Assembly: GCF_964355755.1 (NCBI RefSeq)
Contig: NC_092670.1
Location: 25,220,795-25,284,794 of the forward strand
Direction of reading: 5' to 3'
DNA from: Antedon mediterranea
Lineage: Eukaryota > Animalia > Echinodermata
DNA: 64,000 nucleotides
Positions 13,890-27,904 of the stretch are shown in pieces. The notes beneath the pieces were generated by a model. That model was not told the DNA's origin and did no database searches. It saw only the letters and a program-made list of their open reading frames with translations. Position 1 is the first letter of the stretch. Each line of letters opens with the position of its first letter. The position numbers and the translations under genes are program-made.

Positions 13890-16800
13890 ATGTCGAATTC
13901 TATTGTAAGTATTTACACTCATCTGTCTAGCTTAGAAGTTTGTTAAAGAATTTTAACTTCCAAAAATCAAGAAATTTTCTAGGCCTTCTCTGATTCATTC
14001 ATTACCAACTAGGAATGGGGGCCAGGCGTAGGTGTGCTCCTGTCTTGGTTCATCAGAACAGTTAGGCCTACCTAGTCTAGGCCTAGCCTAGCTAGATAGT
14101 AGTTGATATAGAAGCCTTGATGATATTCAATTCGTCAATCATCTTTCATTGGTTATATTATATTATGAGAGTGACAATAGAAATAAAGTAGTAAATGTTT
14201 TTAAATGTATGTTTCTGTTTATCAGATTGTTCGAGTTCAATCATCTGAAGGTACAAAACGAGTCAAGGTTTCACCATCACTATCTTTGTCCAAATTTTTA
14301 CAAAAGGTATTGTTTCAGTAGTTCAACTTGGTCATTCAAAAAACTAATATGTAGTCTGTATCTGTACATAGTAAAGTAAGGTTTTAATTTTATGAAAGTA
14401 CATGCAAACATCATCATGTTTAATTAATGTTATTTTTGGATATTTAATTGTTCGTTTTATTTTATGTAATTTGATATACATATATATATATTATATTGGT
14501 TATTAGGTTTTTTCCAATTCATGTCAACTGATATGTATGTGTAATGCACTTGTCAATTGTATGACCTAATATACGACCCCTGGGAGAGGTGAGTCATTTG
14601 TCCGATGTGCGTCATACCTTTGAATACCATGACGCACCCATTTTGACGCACTGTGACCATGTTGTTTATGATATGGTGGGTGGTAAAGTGACAGACATTG
14701 ACACACCTTGTTCATTGATGTGACGTACCATCTAGGTTTTTTTATGCACCCCTGCGTCAGTAATTATTTGTAAATGACGCACCCATGACGCACCTCTCCT
14801 GGGGGTCATATAGTGGATACAATTGACAAGTGCATAACACGGTATTGATTTATGTCACAAGAAAGTGCCACAATATTTCAACTGATTTTAACTATTCACT
14901 TACTCAATTAATTTCCACAGGTAGCAGATGAACTTCAAATACCAAGGGATGGATTCAACATATATAGATGTAGAAATAGAACACAAGAAATAACATCAGC
15001 ATCAAGGCAAACTCTCCATACATTGCATATCAGGTATATACAAATATATAAATTGTTTGAATAGAGTTTAAATGGCAGTTATACTTACAGTTTATAATTC
15101 AAAGAAAAGTTTAAAAAAAAATCTACATTTCTAAATTTAAGATATTTTATAATTTTCACTCAGAAATGGAGACATGTTTTATTTGTTCCCAAATGCTCAT
15201 GGATCAAGTGCAATGGAAACGGAGGATGAAGTGAGTGCTTTTGCTTCAAGCTCCTCCACTGGGGCTGCTGCTTCAAATGTTGTGACACCTTCAAGTGTTG
15301 CCGCTATCAAGGTTGACGAGGATGATGTGGATGTATTGTTAGCTAAACAAGATGGCAAGATATATAGGCAGAGAGATCTACAATTGTACGTCATTGAAGT
15401 TTGGATTTTTCATTAATAAATTGGCATTATGAACTGTCTATGTTGGACATTGCTTGTCTATGTTGCATTGCTATCAGTCCGGTTATAGAGGGACTCACTT
15501 TTATTTATTTATTTATTTATTTATTCTTTCTTTTGACTGGATTGCATTTTCAGTAATGCAGTACTGCTTTCCAAAATGGTCCAGTTACAAGTTTAAAAGT
15601 AAATAAAAACATAACATATAAAAATAGAGAAAGATAAAAGCATAGTAGGCCTAATTTAACAAATATATTTTATTGGTATTATCAACATTGTAGGGTCAAA
15701 CCCTTCTGGGTGAAATAATATATTATGGGTTCCAGACAGTAATTAATCTTGAACTTAAATTTACAAGGCATGAAACTATCAAGGTATTGTTTACAAAAAT
15801 TGATAATGCATGTTTTTAAATATTTTTACTTTTGTTTGTTTTAGTTGCCATCACAATGAGAACTCAAAATGTGTTCATTGCGTTCCATTAGAGGTAGGTA
15901 TTCATTCAGGTGACTACAAAATTGAAGGCGCTGATTAAGATTGTCTTGGACGTCGGACTTTGATCAAGAAATCCCGCCGCATTGCTTGTATCCTTACGCA
16001 AGATACTTATGTTTGCCTATCTCCACCCATGTGTATAAATAGGTACCCGGTTAGATCAAGACACAACTTTGCGCTGATTACTATCTGCATTATGGGAGTA
16101 TGTTTCCATACGTGTTTGATCCAAAAAAAAAATAACTGTTAAGAATGTTCAGCGCTTAGAGGTTTCACAACATTAGGCGCTTATCCAGGATATTATTATT
16201 ATATTTTTTTTTTCACACAGCCTTATGATGAGAAGTACATGATGATGCAGGATCCCCCAATCAAACACATGTCCTTTCACACATACTTAAGAAAGTTGAA
16301 AGGAGGTGCAGATAAGTAAGTTTTGATCTCCGTAAATTCCTACCATCTTTCATTTCATAGCATCCTTACTACAGAATAGAAGTGTAGGAATATTGTTACT
16401 GTAGAAACTTATTTTTAAAATTTAATGCATTGTTTCTTTGATTGATAATTATTTATTCCAATTCTGATAAAAAATAACAATTATTATCTTATGGTCCAAT
16501 GCATGGGTTCAATGGATAAGGACTATAAACCGTAGTTTGCCTGTGTGCACTTTAAAGAACCCAGTACATTATTCAAGACAAGTAGGGGGCTACCCTGGTG
16601 AACTGGTTCGCAAAATAAACAATGTATCTGGGGGATTACCACGTATCTGATGGGACAGTCATTAATTTGCTATTGAGAATCCTTGTCCATAAGTACCTAA
16701 ATACATAAAATAAAATAACTAAATTCAACTTTTTTAGAGGAAAATTTGTTAATCTTGAAAACTTATCATGCAAAATAAAGACAAACTGCCCTACAGGACA

Positions 16801-19800
16801 TGCATCATGGCCAGATGGCATCTGTACAAACTGTCAGCCAAGTCCAGTGACCTTAGACAGACAGGTAAGAACCTAAAAATCACAGTTAAATGTTGACAAT
16901 ACAGGGTGCATGTTAAGATTTTGATACCGTATTCAGGATTGTATAGGCTGGTTGCTGGTTTGAAACAAATAAAGCTTAATTACATGTATTTTGTGTCTAT
17001 GTTCAGGTCTATCGCCATGTGGATAATGTTATGTTTGAGAACTCCAAGGTCATAGACAACTTTCTAGAGTATTGGCGCAAGACTGGTTTCCAGCGGATAG
17101 GATATATGTTTGGTCGCTATGACATTCACAAAGACGTTCCTCTTGGTATAAAAGCGATAGTTTCAACTATATATGAACCACCTCAGGTTAGAAATTGTTT
17201 ATTGTATAACTCTCCCAAAACTAGACATACTCGACCTGGTCCACATTTTCCGATTTTCCTGAAAATCTGGCCACAAAGGTCAAATCCAGTTTTGGGAGAT
17301 TTTTTTTTTATTTTTCAGAGAGTTGATTAGGTTCTTTAGATGTCAAAATCTTACCTTAGAATTTTCCAAATTAAAGATTTTTTTAAACATTTTCATAGAG
17401 AGCAACCGCACACAGTATTGAACTTCTCCCAGATGCAAAAGACAAAACAATAGACAGTATAGCAATGAAACTTGGTTTACGAAAGGTAAGACAATTATGT
17501 ATGATTTTGAGTTACTGTAAAATCACGATTGTATAGGCATTTGATAAATAGGCAAACTGTTCCTAAAACATGTCAAGACATTTTAAGGCAGTTTGCCTAT
17601 TTATCAAATGCCTCACAATCATGATTTTAAGACAATTATATTTTTATCATTGTAAAAGCCTTAATCCGGTCAAATTTTAGAGTGAGATCTTACCGAGGTC
17701 ACGGATAACATTTTCGGTAACTCTTACCGTCGTTCGCACTTGGACTAATTACACTCGGTAAGTCTCCCCGTCAGCTACCGTCAAACATACTGAGCCATGG
17801 AAAGTAATTGTTGATGGCGCTAAATAGTGACCCCTACTTCCGCTTTAAGCGAGGGCGCATACACACCATGCAGAAATCGAAAATAAAAAGCGCGAAGTTG
17901 ACATTTTCACCAAGCAGCTCCTTCCGTGAACACATACATATAATGGCCGAGAAAAAAAAAAGAAAAACAGGAACCGTTAAATGTCTTCATCATCAGGCCT
18001 AGCTCTAGCCCTTTGATTTTGACGAGAAGGATGTTGGATTCAATTGTTGTTAGGCATCAACAAGTCGTTCAAAATGTCATACAAATCAGCCATGCTGCAC
18101 AAAAACAGGCAACCTACAGTAGACACGATGAAAGCAAACAAAATTGTGTAATGATGAGCAGAATAAAAGTAGTATAAACAATCAAATGCCGAAACCCAGA
18201 AAGAACAACAAAGCGAAAACGCGCGAATTGTTAGGTCACATTGATTATACGCATGCGTCATTGCCCAGCAGAGCGATAAAGGACCCAATTGCGATCAAGC
18301 TTGACTTTCTAGGCCGGTAACTCTCACTCTGTCAGTCTTCCTGAGACAATCTCACTCCGGAGGATTGACCGGCCGCTACGGTAAGTTTCACGGAGTGAGA
18401 CTTCCTGGGCTGTTTGCACTTGGATTTTTTCTGGTCAAATCGTTTGACTCTCTGTTAGTTTGACCGGATTAAGTCCAGTGCGAATGAGGCTAAAGAGTCT
18501 TCCAATACAAATACCTCATCTTATTTCATAAATAATAGCAATTACTGACCGTTTAACCGAATGATTAAACCAAAAAGAAGTAGGTTGTGATTCTATGAAA
18601 TGTATACTGCATACCACCACTCAGCTTGTTTGAATGCTGATATCAGTCTACTGCCCTCAGTTAACTTAATCTAGTGGAGTGAACAAATCTAAAACAGCAC
18701 ATAAAAAACCAGTTTGAATTAACTGTAGCCTGGATTTATTCCACAATATGCCAAGTTAGTCACCCCACTTGATTTCTGAGACAGCGACATATGTTGCGTG
18801 GTTGTTGGGTTCAATTTTCCAGCAGACTATACTTAGAAACAGATCAAACATTGTGACTTCATTTAACCTTATAATATACATAACATCTGATTGTTACCAT
18901 TCTTTGTCAAGACATATGGAAATAAAATATGAAAGTCAAAGTTGAAAAAGTATAAAATAGAGAATTAATTACATTAAAACGAAAGTTGTTTTGAGGTCGG
19001 CAACAGTGCAATCAGTCCCTTTCTAGTATTAAAAGTGTCTCATTATATATATTTAAATTTTTTGGCTTTTCCTAAAATGTGTAATCATCTAATTGAAGCC
19101 ATTTCACCTTATGTTTGTACAGAGTATGCAATCCAATTTGTGTTTACTATTGATTGTGTGGTCATTATCTATATTTGTTTACTTTTTAACAAATCAAGTA
19201 CCTGTAACTGCCTGTCTGAGGTCATAATACTAGATAAGGCTATGATAGGGTATCATTATGATCACAAGAACTAGTCTTAGTAGAGATGAAAACACTGCTT
19301 TTAATAGCAGTAGAGGGGTACCTGGCTCATTTGAGCAATCCAGTTTACAAATTTCACAGATCAAAATGTTATCAAAGGGGTTTATAGACATCAAATGATG
19401 CTATCTTGTGCATGTATGGTTGTTCTTCATTAATGAATCCTTGACGGATGACGGTCTTAGAAAGATTTTATTATCTGTAGTCTATTTTTATATTCAGAAT
19501 TTCAACTTTGATGCTACAAAAAAAACATCTTTTTTTTTATGACTGATCTTTTCTTCATAAAATGGTTTACTGCTTTACCTTGTAATAAATTAATTGTTGT
19601 TTATGGTTTTGATATCTATTTTTATCCATTAGTCAATCATTCTTATAGACTGATTGATAAAGTTTACCAGTTATGTTTTGTATGTAAATAAGATTAAAAT
19701 CATCTTACGACACGTCTCGTTAGCATGCTAAATGCATGGTTATGACAGCATTTGCAATCACTAATGTCAATAATATCTGGAGTAATGTCAGATTTGACCT

Positions 19801-22800
19801 TTAAACTTATTGGTTTTTGCTGAACGAAGCATAACTCTACCCCATACCATTTTAATTTCTTTCAATTGGTTTGCTTATATAAATATGGCAGATATCAATG
19901 TAAAGTTGCCTTATGACCAGATTGAAATTTCAGTTCTACAGAAATGACTTAAGCCTTAAGTAAATAAAATATATACACTAGTACCTGATGGTGATCATAT
20001 GAGTTTTGTTTCCTCAGAATCTGAGAACAATTAAATGTTTAATTTATAAAAAGAAATCTGTCTGTACAGCAATTAAAAAAAATAACATGTATGAAATAGA
20101 TACACCTTGTAATGGCCCATTTACACTAGGACGATCAACGATAAATATATAAGCATGCATTTTCTTTTACATAAAACAAAAGAAAATTAAAGGCTTTCGT
20201 TCTAGCTATATGATAATCATTTATTCTGTCTTTGATCAAATTTAAAATTCTAATCAAATAAAGTCATGATAAATAATAATGAACATGAACATGAACAATA
20301 AAATCATCACGATATTATTGCTCTTACTAATCATGACGTCATTTGATTGGAAGTTTGAAAATATCATTTTCATCAAAGGAAGCATAGATGGTTATTCTGT
20401 AGTTCTAGAATGAAAGTTTTTGTATTTTTTCTGTTTTATGTTTGAAAAATGCATATTTGCATATCGTCCTAGTGTAAATGGGCCTTAATGATTGCATTTT
20501 AAGAGTGAGCTAACTTTAAATTAATAGATTTTCTATTAGAATAATAGTTCATCAGTAGTTCTGTCATAGTATAGTGTAAGTTGGTCAAAATTGTTGAAAA
20601 TCATGGCTAATTACACCCATTTTATTATCTATCAACAAACCATGTTTTAGCTTGATTTTATTCATTTTTTGTCCATTACATTTGTCTAATACAACTACAT
20701 CTGTCTATAATTGTACACTTATGCTTTCTCATGAGTAAATATATTTTATAACATGTTTTGTTTTTATACAGGTTGGTTGGATTTTCACAGATTTAATACC
20801 AGAAGATTTAAATAAAGGAACAGTTAAACATACAAGAAATATGGTATTTAATTTTCTCATGTAAATATATTTGAAATAAATAAATAATTTATAACTTGGT
20901 GACAATTCAAATTTCTTAAAATGCTTTAAACAAATTTACAAATGTATTGTGGGTGATGGCAGAGTGGGAAAGAGTGGTTGATGGTGTGGTCATCAATCTG
21001 TTTGTAATCTTACATTAATTTTGTTTTGTCTTTATAATGAAGGCTCACTTTGTGAATGTTTTCTAAGACTGTTTTTATTTTGTTTTCCTTCTTGAAGGAT
21101 GCTCATTTCTTAAGTGCAGAAGAATGTATAATGGCAGCTAGCTTTCAGAATCAACACTGTAATCCATGCAATGAAGCAACTGATAGATACTTTGGCTCAA
21201 AATTTGTAACATGTATTATAACAGGTACAGTAGTAACAATTGTGATATCATCACTACACATTAGGGAGCTTTCGATTTGCAACGACCGACAACCTAACTA
21301 GGAAATGTATAACACAACACAGTTTGGTCACTGGTTGTCGCAAAGCGAAAGATCCCTTAACTAAACTATAGATGCAAACATCAATTTGTTAATTGTCACA
21401 TGCTACCATTCTGTAAATTGAATACCTAATATGGTCACATGACTAATGAGCGCGCAAATGTATTTTTTGTATGTACAGTTTTGATATGTGTTTATGTTTT
21501 GATCCATCACGCCATTAGTAGTAAGATAGTGATACGTTATTTATCAAACATATCTATGACCAAATCTAGTTTGGATAGAAAATAAACATTATTTTGACAT
21601 AATAATCAATGTAGTTTAACATACAGATAAGTATATAAATATTGAATGTTGTTTGCTAACCCAATTCATATTGTATATTGTCAGCTATAAGTAAATATTA
21701 TTAGGTGCTTAATAGGTCATGTATATCATTGGCAAAAGTTTGTTGACTAGATTGTTTGTAGTTGGTGGAACAATGAATATACAGTATGACCGAGTATGGG
21801 ACAATGTGGTATGATGTTTGGTAAAGCTAGGGGATGTGATTATACTAGGATTGCATTAACAATGGTTAACCGATGTCTTATGTCCAAATTTAACCCAAAT
21901 TAGGGGTGGGACTATACTTGAGCATGGGATCATATTTGATATATACACTACTTTTCAAAAAAACAATAAACAAGGAAACAAACCATTTCAATTAATAATA
22001 ATAAAAAATAATAATTTATGTATGATTGAATTTGTTTAGGCGATGTAAATAATCAAATTCATCAAGAGTGCTATCAGGTATCAAATCAGTGTATGGCTCT
22101 TGTACGAGATGGTTGCCTTATTCCAACTAAAGATGCCCCAGAATTAGGCTACATACGTGAATCCACACAGGATCAGTATGTTCCTGATGTCTTTTATAAT
22201 GTAAGTACAATACAGGAACAAGATCAATACGTTTCCGTCAAAGATCTTTCTACTTTGAATCGGACTAAGGAATGTTTATCTAAATACATTATCTATATTT
22301 AGTTTTATATACCCAGATTTTATTTTCCCTTGATCTTTTATAGACTTTAAATACTTGGGTCTAAATACAATATAACTTTTTACTTAGCCAGATTTTATTT
22401 TTCCATATAAACTTCAAATACATTAGTGTTTATATGTATGTTATGTATAGTGACACTCCAACATATGATTGTGCAATTTTATTTTTATTTTTAGGAAAAA
22501 GATAGTTATGGAAATGTTTTGAAGAAATTAGCCAGACCGTTACCTGTAGAGTTCCTGCTATTGGACGCAAGTTCTTACTATTTTCTTTTCTAATTATTAA
22601 CTGACAAACAAACTTTTTTTAATTACTACTGTTTTTGAAAATCTTGATAGTAACTCTTTTATCCTCAATCATATTTGTTACGTTTTAATATGTTCTCCCA
22701 TAATTTATTTATTTTAGGTACCAAGTGGTTTTTCAAAGGATCCAATCTATGCATTTAATGGTCGTAACGCAGCTAATCATTTTCCAATAGAGAATAGATC

Positions 22801-23576
22801 AGAGTTTGGGGAAATCCAAGATTTAACAGCCTTATCCAAATATATGAAACAGTTTCCAAAGTCTGAATTCCTACAAGCTATGTCAGATTTTCACCTTCTT
22901 ATGTACCTAGCAACATTTGAAATGTTCCCTCTAAAGGTATGCAAATACTAACTTTTCACTCAAGTATGACTTTCTAATTTGTTTGTAAATTGTGAATTTT
23001 TTTAATATTATAAATATTCTAAAATTCACAAACAAATTTAATATCAATTGTACTTATCTTTATTTATTTACCTCCGCCAAGGAGGTATATGTAATCGGTA
23101 GCGTGTGTTTGTTTGTTTGTTTGTTAGCAGGATTACTCAAAAAGTAATTACAAGATCTTTACCAAATTCTGGACCACTTTTTAGTATACTTTTTTAGACC
23201 TGCTAGTGTTAAAAGATAGGACAGAATTTTTCAAAAGCCGGCGAGCAGTCTTAAAGTAACAAGTAAACTGGAATTGCATTTTCTCGAGAACTACTTGTCC
23301 AAAAAACTTCATTTTTGAACAAGAGGCAAGAGTTATAATTTGTGATTTGTAATTTTAAAACATAATTTGATTTAATGTGCACGTTGTTTGATGCGAGTAG
23401 TTTAAAAAACCTATTTCTTTTCAAATTCACTCGTTTGATTTTCGCGTTGCTGTTCTATTGTTAGTCAACTGAAGCTATTGTTAATTGAAAGGCTTGTTAC
23501 ATAACCATTACACCAAACTCGCATACACATGCTTGTAATGAAATTAGCCTAAATCACAAACAGCATTAAGACACAC

Positions 23577-23649
<73 letters not shown>

Positions 23650-25306
23650 TGAGAAATCTTATGTAGGAGAATTTTACAGTAGGCGGAGGTATGCCCTCTC
23701 GGAGTGGCTTTCTAGTTTATTTATTAGTTAAGTAAATTTGTTTGATATTGTCATAGAGGGCCCCTGGATTAGCCTTCTTGTCTAGCTGGATTGGTAACAA
23801 GGTACAAGACACTCACTCTCTGTACTCTCTAGAAATGCAGAAAATAGAATTTCTTATGATCTCATATAAGATAACAGTACAACCTCTTTTAAGGGGACAC
23901 TATCTGGACTCCACTTAGTAGAGTTGTCCTCTGAATAGGGGTTGGCTGTAGTGTAAAACATACACTTTCTCTTGTTTTATGGAAAGTGTCTTCTTAACAG
24001 GAGTGTATCCTGAATAAGGGTGTTTAAAAAAGTGGTTTTACTAGGGAGTTGTCCTGGGTTTTACTGTATTTCATTTTTCAACGATTACAGCATAGCATTT
24101 GCCTTCAATTAGCCTTGATGTTAATCACTATATCAATATTATTATATAAAGTAGTTTACCCACAAGGTTCAAATTAAGTATTGTATGATAAGCACATCAG
24201 CCTTGATCTCTAGCATGTACTTATCTATTATATAGGTCAACACTAATGGACTGATATATATACTGTATTACATAAATCCAAAGGCAAGGATTTGCCGAAC
24301 TAAGCATTCTGCAGTTGCAAATAAATTTGTCTAAAAAACACATTTTTTATAACAATTTTGCTCTGCACTGTTTCTATACAAGCAGTTTAATACGCCTTTA
24401 AGCATGATATAGTAAGTTTGTCCCATAATGGCGAGAACTTGAAATAAAAAAAATACATTTTTGTATAATCTAAACAATATTTTCCTTGATTTATACTAAT
24501 AGTTGTGACAGATACTTAGATTTCAAAATAATTTATCAATATGTTTTTTTTACAGGAGCATATGGATTTGCTTTTGGATGCTTTAAAATTACATGATATG
24601 AAATTAGCAGAGGAATGGAGTAAAGGAGAACACTGGTCAACGCTACAACACTTTATGGCTGCACAAGGTATGATAACGGTTTTTTAATGTATGATGAACT
24701 ATGACCTATATATATAGGGTCAAGACCTAGAATGCAGTGAGGAGGCATATCCCAATGACCCTGTATGCACATAATGAATTGACAGAGCATGACTAGTTAC
24801 TAGATCATCGCAAATTGCACACCTTAACAACTATTCTATTGAATAATTACTTAACTTTAACATTATAGGTCATGTCGGGTTAGACAAATATCACCTTGAT
24901 ATGACCTGTAATGTCACATTAGTAATAACTAAATATTCACTAGACAAGTATCACCTTGATATGACCTGTAATGTCACATTAGTATAACTAAATATTCACT
25001 TGACCTGTGATGACATTATAGAGTATGTCAAATAATGGTTACTCAGATCTACTGGACATGTCATAGGTCAATCTCATTATTTATTTCTTTCAAAATTACA
25101 CTTATATGTTTACTGATGTGCAAGGAAGCTTTCATGAACATTTTTATTCCACAGCACCTAGCCCTACATTCTCATCAGGACCAATTGATATATCAGACGA
25201 GGCTTCATCATCATCATCAGCAGCTACATGGGCCTGCAATGCTTGCACATTTATCAACTCTGGTAATCGACAAGCTTGCGAATTATGCGAGAGTTCAAGG
25301 CCGTGA
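13890..25306 (+). CDS. NPLOC4: Nuclear protein localization protein 4 homolog (p97/VCP-Ufd1 cofactor), 16 exons
   Basis: Exons ~13890-13904, 14226-14307, 14921-15032, 15164-15385, 15845-15893, 16221-16314, 16739-16864, 17007-17186, 17399-17485, 20772-20842, 21098-21224, 22040-22200, 22495-22566, 22718-22936, 24556-24667, 25155-25306. Motifs: [105 protein letters not shown], terminal RanBP2/NZF finger [10 protein letters not shown]...CELC. Confidence 0.97.
14539..14840. mobile_element. MITE-like foldback element (nested inverted repeats)
   Basis: Outer IR gtgtaatgcacttgtcaattgtat / atacaattgacaagtgcataacac; inner IR gacccctgggagaggtgagtcat / atgacgcacctctcctgggggtc. Confidence 0.65.
15925..16200 (+). 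mobile_element. Degenerate tRNA-derived SINE with L2-like tail
   Basis: tgtatcctt..gcaagatactt..tgcctatctccacccatgtgtataaataggtacc core and an AGCGC...GCGCT...(TAT)n tail; same family as the minus-strand copy at ~59105-59361. Confidence 0.5.
16513..16610 (+). mobile_element. Nin/Deu-domain SINE fragment
   Basis: ggataaggactataaaccgtag...gtgcactttaaagaaccc..agtagggg, nearly identical to the core of the SINE at 37705. Confidence 0.6.
17517..17630. repeat. ~110-bp hairpin (MITE-like palindrome)
   Basis: aaaatcacgattgt..aggcatttgataaataggcaaactg ... cagtttgcctatttatcaaatgcct..acaatcatgatttt. Confidence 0.8.
17657..18491. mobile_element. Non-autonomous TIR element, PIF/Harbinger-like ends; left TIR partly deleted
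   Basis: Left agcc|ttaatccggtcaaa versus right tttgaccggattaagtccagtgcgaatgaggct; GC-richer interior than the surrounding intron. Confidence 0.55.
20113..20485. mobile_element. PIF/Harbinger (Tourist-like) MITE
   Basis: Perfect 22-bp TIR GGCCCATTTACACTAGGACGAT; TAA TSD at 20110-20112 and 20486-20488. Confidence 0.85.
21263..21357. mobile_element. Short Harbinger-like MITE
   Basis: AGGGAGCTTTCGATTTGCAAC ... GTCGCAAAGCGAAAGATCCCT imperfect TIR in a TTA/TAA context. Confidence 0.5.
23065..23718 (+). mobile_element. Helentron-associated non-autonomous element (HINE/DINE-1-like)
   Basis: 5' TTATTACCTCCGCCAAGGAGGT, (GTTT)n microsatellite near the 5' end, 3' subterminal IR GGCGGAGGT, short stem-loop and CTAGTT in a T-rich site; internal (AT)n at 23581-23644. 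Confidence 0.75.
23875..24066. mobile_element. Degenerate Tc1/mariner (pogo-like) MITE
   Basis: CAGTACAACCTC...GGGTTTTACTG ends next to TA; internal ggacac/gtgtc inverted motifs. Confidence 0.4.
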
Positions 25307-25475
25307 GAACACGCCAGATTACAGTTTAAATTTCTCCAATTTTGTTTAAAAAAAACTATAGATAGTATTAAATATAATTCAAAATATCTCATGCACTATA
25401 CTTTTATACTTTGTTTCTAAGTTGAACCATCCTGATAACCCTTTCTTTTCATAAACACCCCTTCCTTTCTTTTTA

Positions 25476-25806
25476 TTACTGTAACTGTTCCTTCTTTTCT
25501 TTACTGTAACTGTTCCTTCTTTTTATTACTGTAACTGTTCCCTCTTTTTATTACTGTAACTGTTCCTTCTTTTCTTTACTGTAACTGTTCCTTCTTTTTA
25601 TTACTGTAACTGTTCCTTCTTTTCTTTACTGTAACTGTTCCTTCTTTCATTACTGTAACTGTTCCTTCTTTTCATTACTGTAACTGTTCCTTCTTTTCAT
25701 TACTGTAACTGTTCCTTCTTTTCTTTACTGTAACTGTTCCTTCTTTTCATTACTGTAACTGTTCCTTCTTTTCATTACTGTAACTGTTCCTTCTTTTCAT
25801 TACTGC
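25476..25806. repeat. 25-bp minisatellite (~13 copies) in the NPL4 3' region
   Basis: TTACTGTAACTGTTCCTTCTTTT(C/T)(A/T) tandem units. Confidence 0.95.
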
Positions 25807-27904
25807 GACACATACTCCTCAATGCTATAGAAGGTTCAGTGTTTCTTACATCTCTTTTGATAGTTACAATCACCTATCAATCTCTGTTACCTGTTTATGT
25901 TTAAAATTGTATATTTCTTTCTCTTATTTTCTTATAAAATATGTTTGTTATTATCGTTTATTTAATAATTTAATTAATAATGCTCCCTAACGTTTTGTCC
26001 ACCAATCATCCTCTTGGAAATTTAAATTGAAATTATATGTAAAATGGACAAATTTCAGCTGAAATAAAGTTTATGACCAGTACCAAATACTGTTGTGTAT
26101 AATAATGTATTGTGTCATTGTAAACAGCTGTTTTTGGAAATTCGTGACACGAGTAAAGGACAAAGGTAGAATTGTGAAACAAAGATTGTATTATATCTGT
26201 TCAGTAATTTTAATACCTGTTATTTTTTATAATTAAAATCGTCACATTAAATATAATATTGAACTTCCATTTCAAAAATATTATACACTATTGTCCAACC
26301 ATCAGTCATTTAAACTTGTAAACTTCCGGATTAAACATTCATGGTTACTAATTGTGTTAAAAAATACATTGAAACATTTTCGCTTTAAAAGAAAAACAAA
26401 TTAAGAAGGAAATAATGAATTGCAGATATTAAGCAATCATGCCATCACTGATGGCTAACAGCGTCACTTAAATATCAGTATTATGAAAATTACCTGGAAA
26501 ATTTGGCTGATAAGCAAGCTTCGGCAGACCAAACTCATTCAATAAAACGCATGCAGAAGAAAAGAAAAAGATTGATAAATTCCGGCAGATCAAACCCCTT
26601 TACTAAGGTATAAAAACGGTCGGGACAACAAAGGTGTATCGTAACAAGCCCTCCAGTAGAACCAGGGAAGAGTGAAATTATAATTTCACTCTTCCCTGGT
26701 AGAGGTTGCATACTAAAAAACGATCGGGACAACAATTATCGTAAATCTTCTAATTGAAACCCTGGGTTATTATTCTTTAATTGTTTTTTTAGGATGGGTT
26801 AGGCCTACTATTAAAGTAGTGGGTTACTATTACTAATCTTAAATTAGGCACCTGAAAATAGTAACAACCTTTCCGGTTAGCAACTCATAGCAAAATAATA
26901 AAACAGTAGGAATAAATTTGGTTGAACTTTATTTTATAATCTCAAAAACACTCAATCCTCCCCCACTCCCGAGATCAACATGCATTATTTCCTTATTTTC
27001 AAAATACGGCTGCATTATAAGTGTCTGTGACCCTAATAGTAATAGGTAGCTATTAGAGTAGTGGGTTATTATTATAGATTGACTTATAAGGTGGGTTACT
27101 ATTAGAAGGGGGGTTACTATTAGAAAGGGGGTTACTATTAGAAGGGGGATTACTATTAATTAATTAATTAATTTTAAACCAGTAGAAGATCCAGCATTGT
27201 GTATAAGAGGGCGCCTACGTCACAAACAATATTTTGTTTAAAATGTTTTCAAGTGAAATGTTATGCGATGCAAACCCAGGTGTCCATTACCGTTCTCGGC
27301 GGCTCCTCTAACAATAAAAATAAAATCATAATTGCGCAACCACAATTACTTTATTTTACAGTTTAATCACAATTATTTATTTTTCGGTTCCCCAAAACAA
27401 TTGTAAAAGCACAAGAAAACATCGTTTTATAAATATTGCAACATATCACTTGCCAAATGCGTGTTTATGTTGAGAACTCCCGGAGCTGCTATTCGATATA
27501 TTCCATATCGGATGATCTATTTCTTGTAATGACGGAACTGAATATGTTGCGTTTAATAAAGATTTTACATTGTAAAGAAATCACTTTCCTTTGTATGCAA
27601 ATGCATTGTATTGTAATTATTTTAAATGGGTTTTTACAGGATATTAGATCCGCATCCCGGAGACTGACTGACTTGAACGAAATTACCGGTCATGTTTACA
27701 GTTATTCCCATTTTATATAATCTTATACGAGGTAAAGTAAATGTTTACTTTGTAAAAGTTGAGTTTACAATGTGAACAAAACCATATCGAAACAATGAGT
27801 TATGTTTGAAATATTATATTTATATATTGTTATCTTATCTAAAGTTTACATTGTAATGTTTTCTTATCAGTCATTGAACCATATTTGTGGGGTTTGGCCA
27901 TTTC

